Notes under the pieces: generated by a model
Seen by the model: only the letters and a program-made list of their open reading frames with translations
The model's database searches: none
Told to the model about the DNA's origin: nothing
From: a phage
Length of the DNA stretch: 64,000 nucleotides
Sequence record: PZ445444.1
Strand: one strand, 5' to 3'
Position numbers and translations under genes: made by a program
Part shown: positions 10,436-19,298 of the stretch, piece by piece
Layout: the number at the start of each line of letters is the position of its first letter
How positions within the stretch are numbered: position 1 is the stretch's first letter

Positions 10436-10727
10436 AAACATTACCCCAGCAGGGTTCTTAAAAGTATACCGTGAACTGCTATATACTACAGAGGACAGTG
10501 TTCTAGAGTATCCAGAATATCTTTTGCTGTATAAGTATCTGCAGGAGGCTGGTGAAAATCTGCCAGTTAGTGCAGAAGGTGGTCCGAACTGGATATACAG
10601 CGCATGGAGAAAGGTTGACATTCTCCCAGATCCAGGTAAAGATATGGTAGTTTGGCAGCTTATCAACAACATTGGGATTCCAATCTTTGATGAAGCTGTT
10701 AAAATCTATTTTGAACTTGACGATTAA
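10425..10727 (+). CDS. hypothetical protein (100 aa)
   Basis: ATG at 10425 preceded by AGGAGA; alternative start at 10407. Confidence 0.5.
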   Translation: MKTENITPAGFLKVYRELLYTTEDSVLEYPEYLLLYKYLQEAGENLPVSAEGGPNWIYSAWRKVDILPDPGKDMVVWQLINNIGIPIFDEAVKIYFELDD

Positions 10728-10744
10728 TATCAGGAGACCTTAAG

Positions 10745-10990
10745 ATGACTGAAGTAGTTGCTCGCGCAGGACAGAAAGTACGTTGTGTTGAAGTAGGTTT
10801 TGGTGGCAAAGGGTGTCAAAACTTGACTCAAGGTAAGGAATACGCTGTTATTTCTGGTGGTGGCGACGAGAGTATTGTGTTCGAGGGCCACATCCTGGAT
10901 GCTGAAAACTTTGAAATCTTTGACGACGATGGAGATCCGATCACCTGCCTGCTGGACGGGAATTGGGGAACTTTCGAAGTGATTGGCTAA
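10745..10990 (+). CDS. hypothetical protein (81 aa)
   Basis: RBS GGAGA upstream of ATG. Confidence 0.55.
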   Translation: MTEVVARAGQKVRCVEVGFGGKGCQNLTQGKEYAVISGGGDESIVFEGHILDAENFEIFDDDGDPITCLLDGNWGTFEVIG

Positions 10991-11073
10991 CAAATACCTA
11001 TTGTAATTTACAGAAGGGGATGCTAAAATAGTGTCTCCTTCTATGTTGTTCAAATAAAATCGGAGATTCCATA

Positions 11074-11439
11074 ATGGAACAAATGAACGATCAAGCGTCG
11101 GTTGCGATGAACGAGCAAGAACAACCTCAAGAATTTTTCTTAGGGTTAAGTAAAGATCAAGTGTCTCTTCTGCTAGTGCTTTCTTCTTTCATGGGAAGAC
11201 TTCAGGAGCTCACACAACAGCCAGAGGCTGAACAATTATTCCAAGCTTTGCGTGAAGAAGAAAAATATCGTCGTTTGGACTATGCCTTAGGTTGGGTAGC
11301 TCAACAACGAGATATGCTGATGGCCCTCTCTGGGACCACAAGTTTTGCAATGGGCCTGCTGGCTCAAGTTCAGGACAAATTAATTCAAGCAGGGTTTGCA
11401 CACACGGCAAACACTAACGAAGAACAAGGAGACAAATAA
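11074..11439 (+). CDS. hypothetical protein (121 aa)
   Basis: RBS GGAGA; stop overlaps the SSB start. Confidence 0.55.
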   Translation: MEQMNDQASVAMNEQEQPQEFFLGLSKDQVSLLLVLSSFMGRLQELTQQPEAEQLFQALREEEKYRRLDYALGWVAQQRDMLMALSGTTSFAMGLLAQVQDKLIQAGFAHTANTNEEQGDK

Positions 11440-12665
11440 TGAGCGTTATTCAACAATTCGCTAACCCGATGAATCCGCGTGAAACTGTTTTACTGGCTCA
11501 CGGCATGATTAAACGTGTCAGCATCAAGCCTATCAAAGGTGCTGATCCTACAACAGGTATTAAAACCACTGTGTGGCAAGGTAAGAAAATTGAATCCAGC
11601 CACACCATCTCTTTACTGATTTCTGAACTGGATTCCTCTGATAACCTGCTTCAAGGTGGTGAAGAAGTTTGGATCAGCATGGGTGATAAGCTGCTTAAAC
11701 CTGGTCATCAAGACTCTGTCTCTGTTAAAATTGATGACAAGTGGGAAACCGTAACGCCGGGATGGATCGTAAATATCCCTTTGAAGGCAAACGAGCATAA
11801 CGGTAAGACCTATTACAAAGGCTCACTGGCTAAGATGGTCAAGCTGGGTGCAGGAGAGGCTCCAGCAGCGACTCAGCAGCAAAAACAGCAACAAGGTGCA
11901 CAATCACAAGGCCAGAAGCAGAAACCTCAGCAGAATGCCAATCAGGACGTTTTACGCATCTATGGTGATGTGACTCAGATTGTTGGCAACGTGGTTACTG
12001 TTAATGACCACAAGATTGGCGAAGGTGCTATGGTTGTAACTGATGAGCAGCTTAAAGACCTGGTGGTAGGTGGTCGTGTTGCAGCCATTGTTGACAAAGA
12101 CACCGGAAACATTATCAGTGGTTTCAAAGCCTATCCCCCTAAGGCAGAGAACGGCACTCAAGGCTCCGGTGGCAAGCGTAAATCCTCTTACGACCCTATC
12201 GGTGTGGAAACGGGGCATAGCATCAATGCGTTGCAGATCATCCTGGATCGCGGGTTTAAGGTAGACGACCCACTGGGCGTGGCTAAAACACTGCACGTAG
12301 TCACCATCGAGCTTAAGAAAGAGTATGCTCAAGCCACCAACCGAACTGAAGATGAAGTAGGTGCCAGTGTCGGTAATGCGGTGTTGAACGCTTGTCGCCG
12401 TATTGACAAGAAAACGAAAGTTGATGATTTTGCAGCGGCAATTACTGCAGAAGCAAAAGATGTCTTGACTAATCTGGCTGAGCCGTTGTACGATTGGATC
12501 AAGAACGGTGCTGGGTCAACTGACCATCAAGAACCTCAGGCTGCCAAACAGGAAGCAGCTCCACAGCAAAACACTGTAGACGCTCCTCCTGTAAATGACG
12601 AGGAAGATGACCCGATGGATCAGAATCCAGCACAGTATGAGTTCGATGACTCGATCCCTTTCTGA
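11439..12665 (+). CDS. single-stranded DNA-binding protein (candidate)
   Basis: 408 aa; Q/G-rich linker; acidic C-terminal tail ending DDSIPF, resembling the SSB C-terminal DDDIPF motif; sits in the replication module. Confidence 0.6.
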   Translation: MSVIQQFANPMNPRETVLLAHGMIKRVSIKPIKGADPTTGIKTTVWQGKKIESSHTISLLISELDSSDNLLQGGEEVWISMGDKLLKPGHQDSVSVKIDDKWETVTPGWIVNIPLKANEHNGKTYYKGSLAKMVKLGAGEAPAATQQQKQQQGAQSQGQKQKPQQNANQDVLRIYGDVTQIVGNVVTVNDHKIGEGAMVVTDEQLKDLVVGGRVAAIVDKDTGNIISGFKAYPPKAENGTQGSGGKRKSSYDPIGVETGHSINALQIILDRGFKVDDPLGVAKTLHVVTIELKKEYAQATNRTEDEVGASVGNAVLNACRRIDKKTKVDDFAAAITAEAKDVLTNLAEPLYDWIKNGAGSTDHQEPQAAKQEAAPQQNTVDAPPVNDEEDDPMDQNPAQYEFDDSIPF

Positions 12666-12673
12666 GGTCAGTT

Positions 12674-13252
12674 ATGAAATGCAAACGTTGTGGAGAGGAC
12701 AAGGAGGCCTCCGACTTCTACACCAGTAACAAATCAACGTGCAAAGAGTGTTGCAAGAAGGCCAGCAGGGAGGCTGACCAATTTGCTAGAGACTCTTCAG
12801 AAAAAGGTGTAATACGTGTGTTGTACAAGGCTCAAAAGTGCAACAGCAAGCAAAGAGGTCACCCTCCTCCGACTTACACCAAAAAAGAGTTTAAGGAGTG
12901 GCTATACCTTAACGGTTACAAAGAGTTGTATGATCAGTGGGTAGCCAGCGGATACGACAAAAGGAAAAAGCCTTCTTGTGACAGGATAGATGATTTCAAA
13001 GGGTACTCTTTTGATAATATCCGTTTAACGACTTGGGGAGAAAATAAAGACAAGCAGACAGAGGATATTCTGTTACATAGAAGCACCAGCGGTAGACGGT
13101 GCAAAAATGTAAGGAGGTTGGACATGAATGGTAACGTTCTTAAAGAATGGGTATCTCACAACTCTTGTAGCAGAGAAACCGGAATATATATTGGTTACTA
13201 CATTCATGAAAAAATTCCAGCTCCAGATGGATACTTATACGAATACTTTTAA
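12674..13252 (+). CDS. zinc-ribbon protein, possible degenerate HNH-type endonuclease
   Basis: N-terminal CxxC...CxxC; segment CDRIDDFKGYSFDNIRL resembles an HNH core with H replaced; followed by the repeated terminator. Confidence 0.4.
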   Translation: MKCKRCGEDKEASDFYTSNKSTCKECCKKASREADQFARDSSEKGVIRVLYKAQKCNSKQRGHPPPTYTKKEFKEWLYLNGYKELYDQWVASGYDKRKKPSCDRIDDFKGYSFDNIRLTTWGENKDKQTEDILLHRSTSGRRCKNVRRLDMNGNVLKEWVSHNSCSRETGIYIGYYIHEKIPAPDGYLYEYF

Positions 13253-13267
13253 CACATAACTAACATA

Positions 13268-13296
13268 GCCCTGCCCGAAAGGGTGGGGCATTTTTG
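13268..13296 (+). terminator. intrinsic terminator, second copy of the 973-1000 element
   Basis: gccctgccc-gaaa-gggtggggc followed by a ttttt run. Confidence 0.6.
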
Positions 13297-13314
13297 TATA
13301 AGGAGATCTGAAAA

Positions 13315-13731
13315 ATGACATTAGAAGATATCATTGTTAAACCTGAGAACTATGACCAATACAACCTGTCAACTCAATCTGTAGACCTTGGATGCGCCAC
13401 GGTCAGTGCGTGGCTGGTTAACGGAAAAGAGCTGGATAAATGCTTAGAAGCTCACATGTCTATTAACAAGTTTCTGGATGAAAATACTCACTGGCTTGAG
13501 GGTGCAGGCGTATATGCTTCATGGTTGGAGAGTATGGGATTCGACTACCAATCTGAAGAGGGGTGGTGGAGCTATTTAGCTATCTGTCCAGAGACGCTAC
13601 AATGCTTCATGAAATATTCTGAAGATTTGGAGTACCGGGCGGTGGTTGATAGTGCTATTGCCCGTTATAGCCGTAAACCTTTTTCCCACGACATTAAAAC
13701 TGTGGAAGAATTTGTTGAAGTTTTCTGTTGA
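13315..13731 (+). CDS. hypothetical protein (138 aa)
   Basis: RBS AAGGAGA upstream of ATG. Confidence 0.55.
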   Translation: MTLEDIIVKPENYDQYNLSTQSVDLGCATVSAWLVNGKELDKCLEAHMSINKFLDENTHWLEGAGVYASWLESMGFDYQSEEGWWSYLAICPETLQCFMKYSEDLEYRAVVDSAIARYSRKPFSHDIKTVEEFVEVFC

Positions 13732-13757
13732 CACAGATTGAAAGGTGTGCAATTATA
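13728..13757 (+). promoter_or_regulatory. sigma70-like promoter
   Basis: TTGACA followed 17-18 nt later by AATTAT/ATTATA; upstream of the three-gene unit ending with the macrodomain gene. Confidence 0.45.
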
Positions 13758-13827
13758 ACTTCATAGAACGGGAGGACGTGATGAACGAAGAAAACTGGGA
13801 TGTATAACTAACAGGAGGCCACTGCCC

Positions 13828-14025
13828 ATGATTTATCGAATCCGTGTAAGAGAAGATGCACCAGGCTGTTACTTTGACTGGCGTGGGTGGTGGTTTATCC
13901 ACCCAATGGATGGACTCACAGATAGAATGCTGGATGCTGCCCTTTATACAGATACCGACATAGAATATAATCTCTATCTGAAGGACGGTATAGATAACGG
14001 CCTGTTTGAAGCAATTCCTGTGTAA
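13828..14025 (+). CDS. hypothetical protein (65 aa)
   Basis: RBS AGGAGG; first gene of the putative operon. Confidence 0.5.
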   Translation: MIYRIRVREDAPGCYFDWRGWWFIHPMDGLTDRMLDAALYTDTDIEYNLYLKDGIDNGLFEAIPV

Positions 14026-14093
14026 GAGACTGTGATAGCTATGTTTTATGATCTTCCTGTAGCACCACCACCTGTTGAACCCGGAGAACTAAG

Positions 14094-14519
14094 ATGATCT
14101 ATGAAATGCCAAAACTGATTCGTGACGATGCCCAAAACGCCCACACCTTTATCATGGGCAAGCGCATGGATATTATTTGTCATAAAGATTTCTGGGAAGG
14201 TAGTTACTTCACAGAATATTTTGGTAAACTGGATAATGGTCTGCTGATCCAGTTCTACACCGATGCGGAAAACAATATCTGCTGGGAGTTCGAAACTGAA
14301 GATATCCATAAACTTTTCACCTTCCTAGGTATTAAGGTTGAGGCCAAGTTTGAAGAAGGCGAGTGCGACGATTGTGGATTCTACGAGGTAACAGATTTCT
14401 ATCTCCCAAGTGGTGAGAACCTTTACTATGAAAGCCACTTCGGCAACTCAAATATGCCACAAGGTTGGGATGAGTTTTTTGAAATTGCGGAAGAGGAGCT
14501 GACATACCGTGATTATTGA
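14094..14519 (+). CDS. hypothetical protein (141 aa), coupled to the macrodomain gene
   Basis: Overlaps the macrodomain start by 11 nt; no recognisable motif. Confidence 0.55.
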   Translation: MIYEMPKLIRDDAQNAHTFIMGKRMDIICHKDFWEGSYFTEYFGKLDNGLLIQFYTDAENNICWEFETEDIHKLFTFLGIKVEAKFEEGECDDCGFYEVTDFYLPSGENLYYESHFGNSNMPQGWDEFFEIAEEELTYRDY

Positions 14520-14967
14520 TACTGTAGCGGGAGATTTAATCTCCCTTTTTAAGAGCGGTGCTGGTCACCTGATCCACGGTTGTAACTGCTTTCATACAAT
14601 GGGTGCAGGCATAGCGAAAGATATTGCCCGTGAGTTCCCTCAAGCACTGGCAGCCGACAAAGAGACTGCCTATGGTAATCTGGACAAGCTGGGTATGTTT
14701 TCTTGTTGGGAGCATTTTGCCAAGAACAGGGTCGTATATGGAATCAACCTGTATACCCAGTTCTACCCAGGGCCCAATGCTGAATACTTCTCAATAATGA
14801 AAGGTTTTGAGCGAGTCAACGAGGTATTCAAAGGTGTGTCATTGCCGTTCTACATTCCTAAAATTGGATGCGGTATTGGCGGTCTAAAGTGGGAACATGT
14901 AGAAGATGTAATTAATCTTGCAACCACAGATATTGATGTGGTTGTAGTAGAGTACAAAAAGTGTTGA
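14509..14967 (+). CDS. macrodomain protein (TARG1/DarG-like ADP-ribose hydrolase, candidate)
   Basis: Segments HGCNCFHTMGAGIAKDIAREFP and FYIPKIGCGIGGLKWEHVEDVI match the two glycine-rich macrodomain motifs of the TARG1/OARD1 type. Confidence 0.7.
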   Translation: MIIDTVAGDLISLFKSGAGHLIHGCNCFHTMGAGIAKDIAREFPQALAADKETAYGNLDKLGMFSCWEHFAKNRVVYGINLYTQFYPGPNAEYFSIMKGFERVNEVFKGVSLPFYIPKIGCGIGGLKWEHVEDVINLATTDIDVVVVEYKKC

Positions 14968-14992
14968 CGACCATCTTCTGAGGTGATATAGT
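14964..14992 (+). promoter_or_regulatory. sigma70-like promoter
   Basis: TTGACG-N17-TATAGT. Confidence 0.55.
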
Positions 14993-15218
14993 TTCCACAA
15001 CAACTAAGAGAGGAGAGCACTGTGGAGACTAAAATCTTAATTCTTGCTGTGGTAGATACAACCGAAGGAGCTATATTCGAATCTGCAGGGGGGTATTTCT
15101 ACCTACCATACGGAAAAAGAACTTCCGAGCCAAGTAAAGATTCAATCCTCAAGGTGTTCCCGTGTGCTTTCTGGCTGGAGATTTTGGTATAAGATTGCAG
15201 AGGATTTGGGAGAGAATT

Positions 15219-15413
15219 ATGAGAAACAAGAAAGAGCTTTACTCTGGTGAGTGGATCAACGATCAACAGGTGGGAGAGGTAACCTGCTTCCGATGTTTTA
15301 CCAGGTACAATCTTAAAACTGCACCAAAAAGTGTTCCAAAGACTGATGGTTATTACATAAAAGAACCTCATTGCCCAAAATGTAAATGCCGATTATACTG
15401 GAGTAACCTGTAA
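15219..15413 (+). CDS. hypothetical Cys-rich protein (64 aa)
   Basis: ATG at 15219 after GGGAGAGAA; CxxC...CxxC pattern suggests a zinc ribbon. Confidence 0.5.
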   Translation: MRNKKELYSGEWINDQQVGEVTCFRCFTRYNLKTAPKSVPKTDGYYIKEPHCPKCKCRLYWSNL

Positions 15414-15417
15414 AAGA

Positions 15418-15445
15418 TTGACATCTGAAAACTGCAGTGTATAAT
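15418..15445 (+). promoter_or_regulatory. sigma70 consensus promoter
   Basis: TTGACA-N16-TATAAT. Confidence 0.6.
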
Positions 15446-15476
15446 ATATGCATAAACTAACAGAGAGTGATGTATT

Positions 15477-15668
15477 ATGGTAATTTTTAACCGGGATGGT
15501 ATCATAGTTAGACAGCACCCCTTCCTTGAATACTATCAAATTGAGCAATGGTGCTACGGGGATTGCAGTCACTCCTATGGGCAAAGTTGGGGATATCGTA
15601 CAGTTTTTGAATCCACAGACCTTGACAAAGTAAGACAGAAAGTTTTAGAACTTATTAACAACAAGTGA
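15477..15668 (+). CDS. hypothetical protein (63 aa)
   Basis: ATG start downstream of the promoter. Confidence 0.5.
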   Translation: MVIFNRDGIIVRQHPFLEYYQIEQWCYGDCSHSYGQSWGYRTVFESTDLDKVRQKVLELINNK

Positions 15669-15678
15669 GCATCGTGCC

Positions 15679-16011
15679 ATGGTAACATTGGAAAGACGTA
15701 AAGCTATCGCCGCCACACTGGCAGACATCTTTTGGGATTGCAACTTAAAAGATACCCGAAATTGTGGCGCATCTGTAGATGTATTATTCCCACGGCCCAC
15801 CATTGTTGCAATGGGCAACCTGCTCGATGTGGTATATGGAGCATGGGACAAGGAAGGTGGATTCTATATCTGGCAACCTGACTACGGGACCTGGAAAGAG
15901 GTTAGTGGTTCTGCGGACTTCACTCCTGCAGAGGCTAAAATGGATGGCTGGAAAATCTATGTCGGTAACGACATGAAGCTGAAAGGCGAGATTGTTTACT
16001 GGTTACCTTAA
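15679..16011 (+). CDS. hypothetical protein (110 aa)
   Basis: ORF in the co-directional small-gene array. Confidence 0.55.
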   Translation: MVTLERRKAIAATLADIFWDCNLKDTRNCGASVDVLFPRPTIVAMGNLLDVVYGAWDKEGGFYIWQPDYGTWKEVSGSADFTPAEAKMDGWKIYVGNDMKLKGEIVYWLP

Positions 16012-16031
16012 GAGAATGCAGGAGATAAGGT

Positions 16032-16277
16032 ATGAACAAAGGGTGGACATTTGTAGACGGCGTTAAAAACATGCCTCTAGGAAAGTATATTGTAGCCATG
16101 GCAGATGAGAATGGCAAGGTGGATTTCGGAGTTTGCGAGGTTGTTCTTGCAGGATCTGGTGACTATGCTCACAAAACTGGGATAATTAACGGTCATTTCT
16201 ACTTTGATTACAACCCTGTTGTGGCGTATATGGCTATGCCAGAGTTAGAGCTCCCAAAGGAGGGTGCAGATGTTTAA
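16032..16277 (+). CDS. hypothetical protein (81 aa)
   Basis: RBS GGAGA upstream of ATG. Confidence 0.55.
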   Translation: MNKGWTFVDGVKNMPLGKYIVAMADENGKVDFGVCEVVLAGSGDYAHKTGIINGHFYFDYNPVVAYMAMPELELPKEGADV

Positions 16278-16467
16278 GCTTAAATCTGCATGGAACATCG
16301 CTGTGGGGGACGAGATCCGTATCCCAGGTGGAAAGACCATTATGAAGATATCTCGTATCGAGTACGAAGGTGATCGTGTATTTCATATCTTTGCAGAGGA
16401 TGGTCGAGAAATTTATATACAGGCAGGCTCTCACATCTATATTCGTAAGAAAGGGGACGACAAATGA
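16264..16467 (+). CDS. hypothetical protein (67 aa)
   Basis: RBS AAGGAGG; overlaps neighbours at both ends. Confidence 0.5.
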   Translation: MQMFKLKSAWNIAVGDEIRIPGGKTIMKISRIEYEGDRVFHIFAEDGREIYIQAGSHIYIRKKGDDK

Positions 16468-16793
16468 CAGAGATCATCATTTCAACTGCAGGGTATGTGT
16501 TCCTGACAATCATTGCACTGACCATTCTGGTTGTGGTATATGGAATTGTTATTCTCCCTATTCTTGAGACAATTAGTTTGTGTCGGTGTTGGAGAAAGGC
16601 TTACGGTCCACAGCCGTGGAAGGACTGGCCCCACCTTGTGCACATAGCGTTCTCTTATGCTTATGATCACGCCAGCAGTGCATGCATAACCGGGTATCAC
16701 GCCCACAACTGGAGCTGGGAAGGGTTGAGGAAATGGAATGTTACAAAGACCATACCTCTGCGCATGTACAAACCTAAAAACAAAGACAGCTGA
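16464..16793 (+). CDS. hypothetical membrane protein (109 aa)
   Basis: N-terminal hydrophobic segment TAGYVFLTIIALTILVVVYGIVILPIL. Confidence 0.55.
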   Translation: MTEIIISTAGYVFLTIIALTILVVVYGIVILPILETISLCRCWRKAYGPQPWKDWPHLVHIAFSYAYDHASSACITGYHAHNWSWEGLRKWNVTKTIPLRMYKPKNKDS

Positions 16794-16799
16794 TACTTG

Positions 16800-17300
16800 A
16801 AAATTTCTGGCATATCAAGTGTAAGGAGGATTTCTAAAATGGATTTCCTCCTTTTGATATTTCACCGGGCTAGATATTTTAAAATTCTTAGAAAATCAGA
16901 AAATGGATCGAAAACTAAAATGGATTTTTCAGAGCAGGCACGACGAGATGAACCACTCATCCTATCGTCTGCACCATATTCCAGACCACCATTACAGATT
17001 TCCCGCACATGCTCACATCCTTCTACTAGAACTTCCCCCACTTACCCTTGACCTTTTATAGTAATAATCCAACCACTACCTTGAAGTTGTGGCGCAGCTT
17101 TCCAAGTACTCGATCTGTTTTTCGTTTCAAAGATTGAATTTTCTGAAAATTTTTCTCGATAAATTTCTCAGTACTCGATCTGTTTTTCGTTTTCTGAATC
17201 GGATTTTCTGGAAATCGTTCCGGCTCTCGACCTGAAATTTTTGGGGACGAAATCGATTTTTCGTTTTCAGAAATGGATTTTTAAAATTTCTATATGGGAA
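16800..17300. repeat. iteron-like direct-repeat region without convincing ORFs
   Basis: Repeated aaaatggat units and two copies of tactcgatctgtttttcgttt plus related cgatttttcgttttc. Confidence 0.5.
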
Positions 17301-17401
17301 TATTTTAGTGGATACTATTTTATAGGAAATTGTTACGGAGGGTAATTAGCGTGCTAATTAAATTTATTAAATGCGAGGAGTTCTCATTTAGAATTTTGAA
17401 T

Positions 17402-17480
17402 GATAATCATTCTCGTTTGCAGAATAACGGGCAGGCCCGGTGATTGTCTCCCGGCCCCTACTGCCCCGGCTTGTTATTAT
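17402..17480 (+). repeat. structured hairpin repeat element, copy 1
   Basis: gataatcattctcgtttgcag ... cccggtgattgtctccc ... ctgcccc; nested inverted repeats around conserved ttgtctccc. Confidence 0.5.
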
Positions 17481-17530
17481 AGTAACACACAGGACAAAGA
17501 AAGCAAGAAGTTTTTGCATAAATTTTTAGA

Positions 17531-17620
17531 CGATAATGATAATCGTTCTCATTTCATGCAGCGCCCATCCCCGGTGGTTGTCTCCCCCGTCACCGGTGCC
17601 TGCCGTCCTTTCGATAGGTA
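17531..17620 (+). repeat. structured hairpin repeat element, copy 2
   Basis: gataatcgttctcatttcatgcag ... ccggtggttgtctcccccgtcaccggtgcctgccgt. Confidence 0.5.
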
Positions 17621-17667
17621 TATTTTGCCACCTAGCGGGGCCGCTGTCAACACTTTTCAAAAAAAAA

Positions 17668-17682
17668 AAAAAATTTCTAACC
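17668..17682. repeat. A homopolymer tract (about 14-15 A)
   Basis: Uninterrupted run of A in a non-coding region. Confidence 0.8.
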
Positions 17683-17816
17683 TGATGCGCTGACCGCTGC
17701 AACCTGGCGGGGCCAGCCTGGCAGGGCCTAACTGACCAGGTAGGAGAGAATGAAGGCTTGCAAACCTGGTGGGCCTATGCTATAGGATAGATAACAATTG
17801 AAGAGGAGGTACAAAA

Positions 17817-17993
17817 ATGGAAGGTAATATGATCCCCCTGGAAAATGTAGCTATTAATGACGCTGAGGCTATCGCCCTGGTTGAAAAGGCTATGGCGGGA
17901 GCGTTGGAACATAAAGAAGAGTACGAAAAAATGATGGTTAACCTGGCAGGGGCGGCGGCTGGAGAATTCTACCCAAAAAATAATTTTAACTAA
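17817..17993 (+). CDS. hypothetical small protein (58 aa)
   Basis: ATG preceded by GAAGAGGAGG; below the ORF-track length cutoff. Confidence 0.45.
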   Translation: MEGNMIPLENVAINDAEAIALVEKAMAGALEHKEEYEKMMVNLAGAAAGEFYPKNNFN

Positions 17994-17996
17994 TGG

Positions 17997-18025
17997 TTGA
18001 CAGCTCGGACAGTTCTTGTTATTCT
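17997..18025 (+). promoter_or_regulatory. sigma70-like promoter
   Basis: TTGACA-N17-TATTCT. Confidence 0.45.
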
Positions 18026-18078
18026 TATCCTCGCAAGGTGAACAACACCACACCAATTAACAGAGAGGATAAAAAATC

Positions 18079-18276
18079 ATGAACGCCTACGGAATTAAAG
18101 TACGTCGCAACACTCGCCAGGTGGTCACCAATCAAGTGATTTGCCGGGTGGATGTAACCATCAACAACGGGCAAGGCCTTTATAAATTTCGTCGCGGTCA
18201 TAGCTATACCCTGCAACAGCTTAATCGTTGCGCCCTGACAAAAGGTCAGATCAACCACTGGTTTAATAAAAAATAA
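18079..18276 (+). CDS. hypothetical basic protein (65 aa)
   Basis: RBS GAGAGGA upstream of ATG. Confidence 0.5.
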   Translation: MNAYGIKVRRNTRQVVTNQVICRVDVTINNGQGLYKFRRGHSYTLQQLNRCALTKGQINHWFNKK

Positions 18277-18279
18277 GTA

Positions 18280-18308
18280 TTGACATATAGTCCGACACCA
18301 AATACACT
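18280..18308 (+). promoter_or_regulatory. sigma70-like promoter
   Basis: TTGACA-N17-TACACT. Confidence 0.5.
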
Positions 18309-18340
18309 AAAAGCACAAAAGACACTAAGAGGATAAAATC

Positions 18341-18739
18341 ATGAAAACCACTACCTTTAATTTTGATAATGCAGACTTTTCTTTTTCTGATGTCAAGAAC
18401 TGCCGCCGTGATCGTGGATTTTACAAGGCTTATAATCTGGTGGGCCTGGACGATGACAATAATTTGCACGAAGTAGCTGAGATCCGGTATTATGCCGCCG
18501 CCAGTGGTAACACTCACTACTGCGTGTTTTGGATTCACGACAACAAGAACAATAAGTACGGTTATACTGGCGGCAAGGCGAGCGGTCACGGTTACGATAA
18601 AGCTAACGCAGCACTTGAGAGCGCATTAAATGCTATGGGGATCACTGCCGACGGCTGGATCTACGAAGAAGAGTTTTTGTCGGCACTTGCTGACCACCTG
18701 GGCTATAAAAAGCACATTGTGACATGCGCCCACGAATAA
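18341..18739 (+). CDS. hypothetical protein (132 aa)
   Basis: RBS AAGAGGA upstream of ATG. Confidence 0.6.
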   Translation: MKTTTFNFDNADFSFSDVKNCRRDRGFYKAYNLVGLDDDNNLHEVAEIRYYAAASGNTHYCVFWIHDNKNNKYGYTGGKASGHGYDKANAALESALNAMGITADGWIYEEEFLSALADHLGYKKHIVTCAHE

Positions 18740-18745
18740 AAATCA

Positions 18746-18773
18746 TTGACACGCTGCAAAATTTAAGTAAACT
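18746..18773 (+). promoter_or_regulatory. sigma70-like promoter followed by GC-hairpin leader
   Basis: TTGACA-N16-TAAACT, then ggcgggaa-tgt-ttcccgcc hairpin before the RBS. Confidence 0.5.
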
Positions 18774-18822
18774 AGACACAAAAGGCGGGAATGTTTCCCG
18801 CCAGCACAAAGGAAAAAAGATC

Positions 18823-19218
18823 ATGAATAAGAACGTACGCCGCATCATGAACGAACTGGCAAACGATGAAAAAATTATTGACATGCATTTAGTCAACATT
18901 TGCCGCCGTTGTGTAACATATAACAACCGCGCCGCAAAAGCGCGTGAGATGAACGCAAAAGGCACCTTAAAGCCCTTTCAGGTGGTTGTAAAATCTATAA
19001 CCAGTGCAGCAGGCCAGGCGCATGACCACAACAACGGGAGCACTAATATTGATCCGTCTTACGTAATGAAACGGATCCGGACTTGCAAGAATAAAGAGCA
19101 GGTGTATAATGTCATAGACTGGTTGGACTCTATGGGCGATGTGGTTTACAATAGGTTTTCTGCAGCTATCGAGATCCAGCTTGACAGGTTGGACGGTAAA
19201 GTACTGAAAACTTACTAA
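18823..19218 (+). CDS. hypothetical protein (132 aa)
   Basis: ATG at 18823 after AAAGGAAAA; the track start at 18724 is upstream of the promoter. Confidence 0.55.
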   Translation: MNKNVRRIMNELANDEKIIDMHLVNICRRCVTYNNRAAKAREMNAKGTLKPFQVVVKSITSAAGQAHDHNNGSTNIDPSYVMKRIRTCKNKEQVYNVIDWLDSMGDVVYNRFSAAIEIQLDRLDGKVLKTY

Positions 19219-19220
19219 GA

Positions 19221-19266
19221 TTATTTTTAGATGGCCTTGACTTCAGGGCCATCAATAAAGTAAACT
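19221..19266 (+). promoter_or_regulatory. conserved hairpin element with TTGAC in the loop, copy 1
   Basis: ttatttttagatggccttgacttcagggccatcaataaagtaaac; about 10-bp stem; possible TTGACT-N18-TAAACT promoter. Confidence 0.45.
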
Positions 19267-19298
19267 AATCCCAGTTAAGCGAAAAAGGAGGCTTGAAG

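Noticed and set aside
14094-14519. Upstream partner of the macrodomain as a DarT-like ADP-ribosyltransferase toxin
   Set aside because: No recognisable ADP-ribosyltransferase motif could be seen by eye; calling it a toxin would be speculation, so it is left hypothetical.
17400-17693. 97-aa ORF from the six-frame track
   Set aside because: It spans the tandem hairpin repeats and runs into the A homopolymer, has no RBS, and has a low-complexity product; most likely non-coding.
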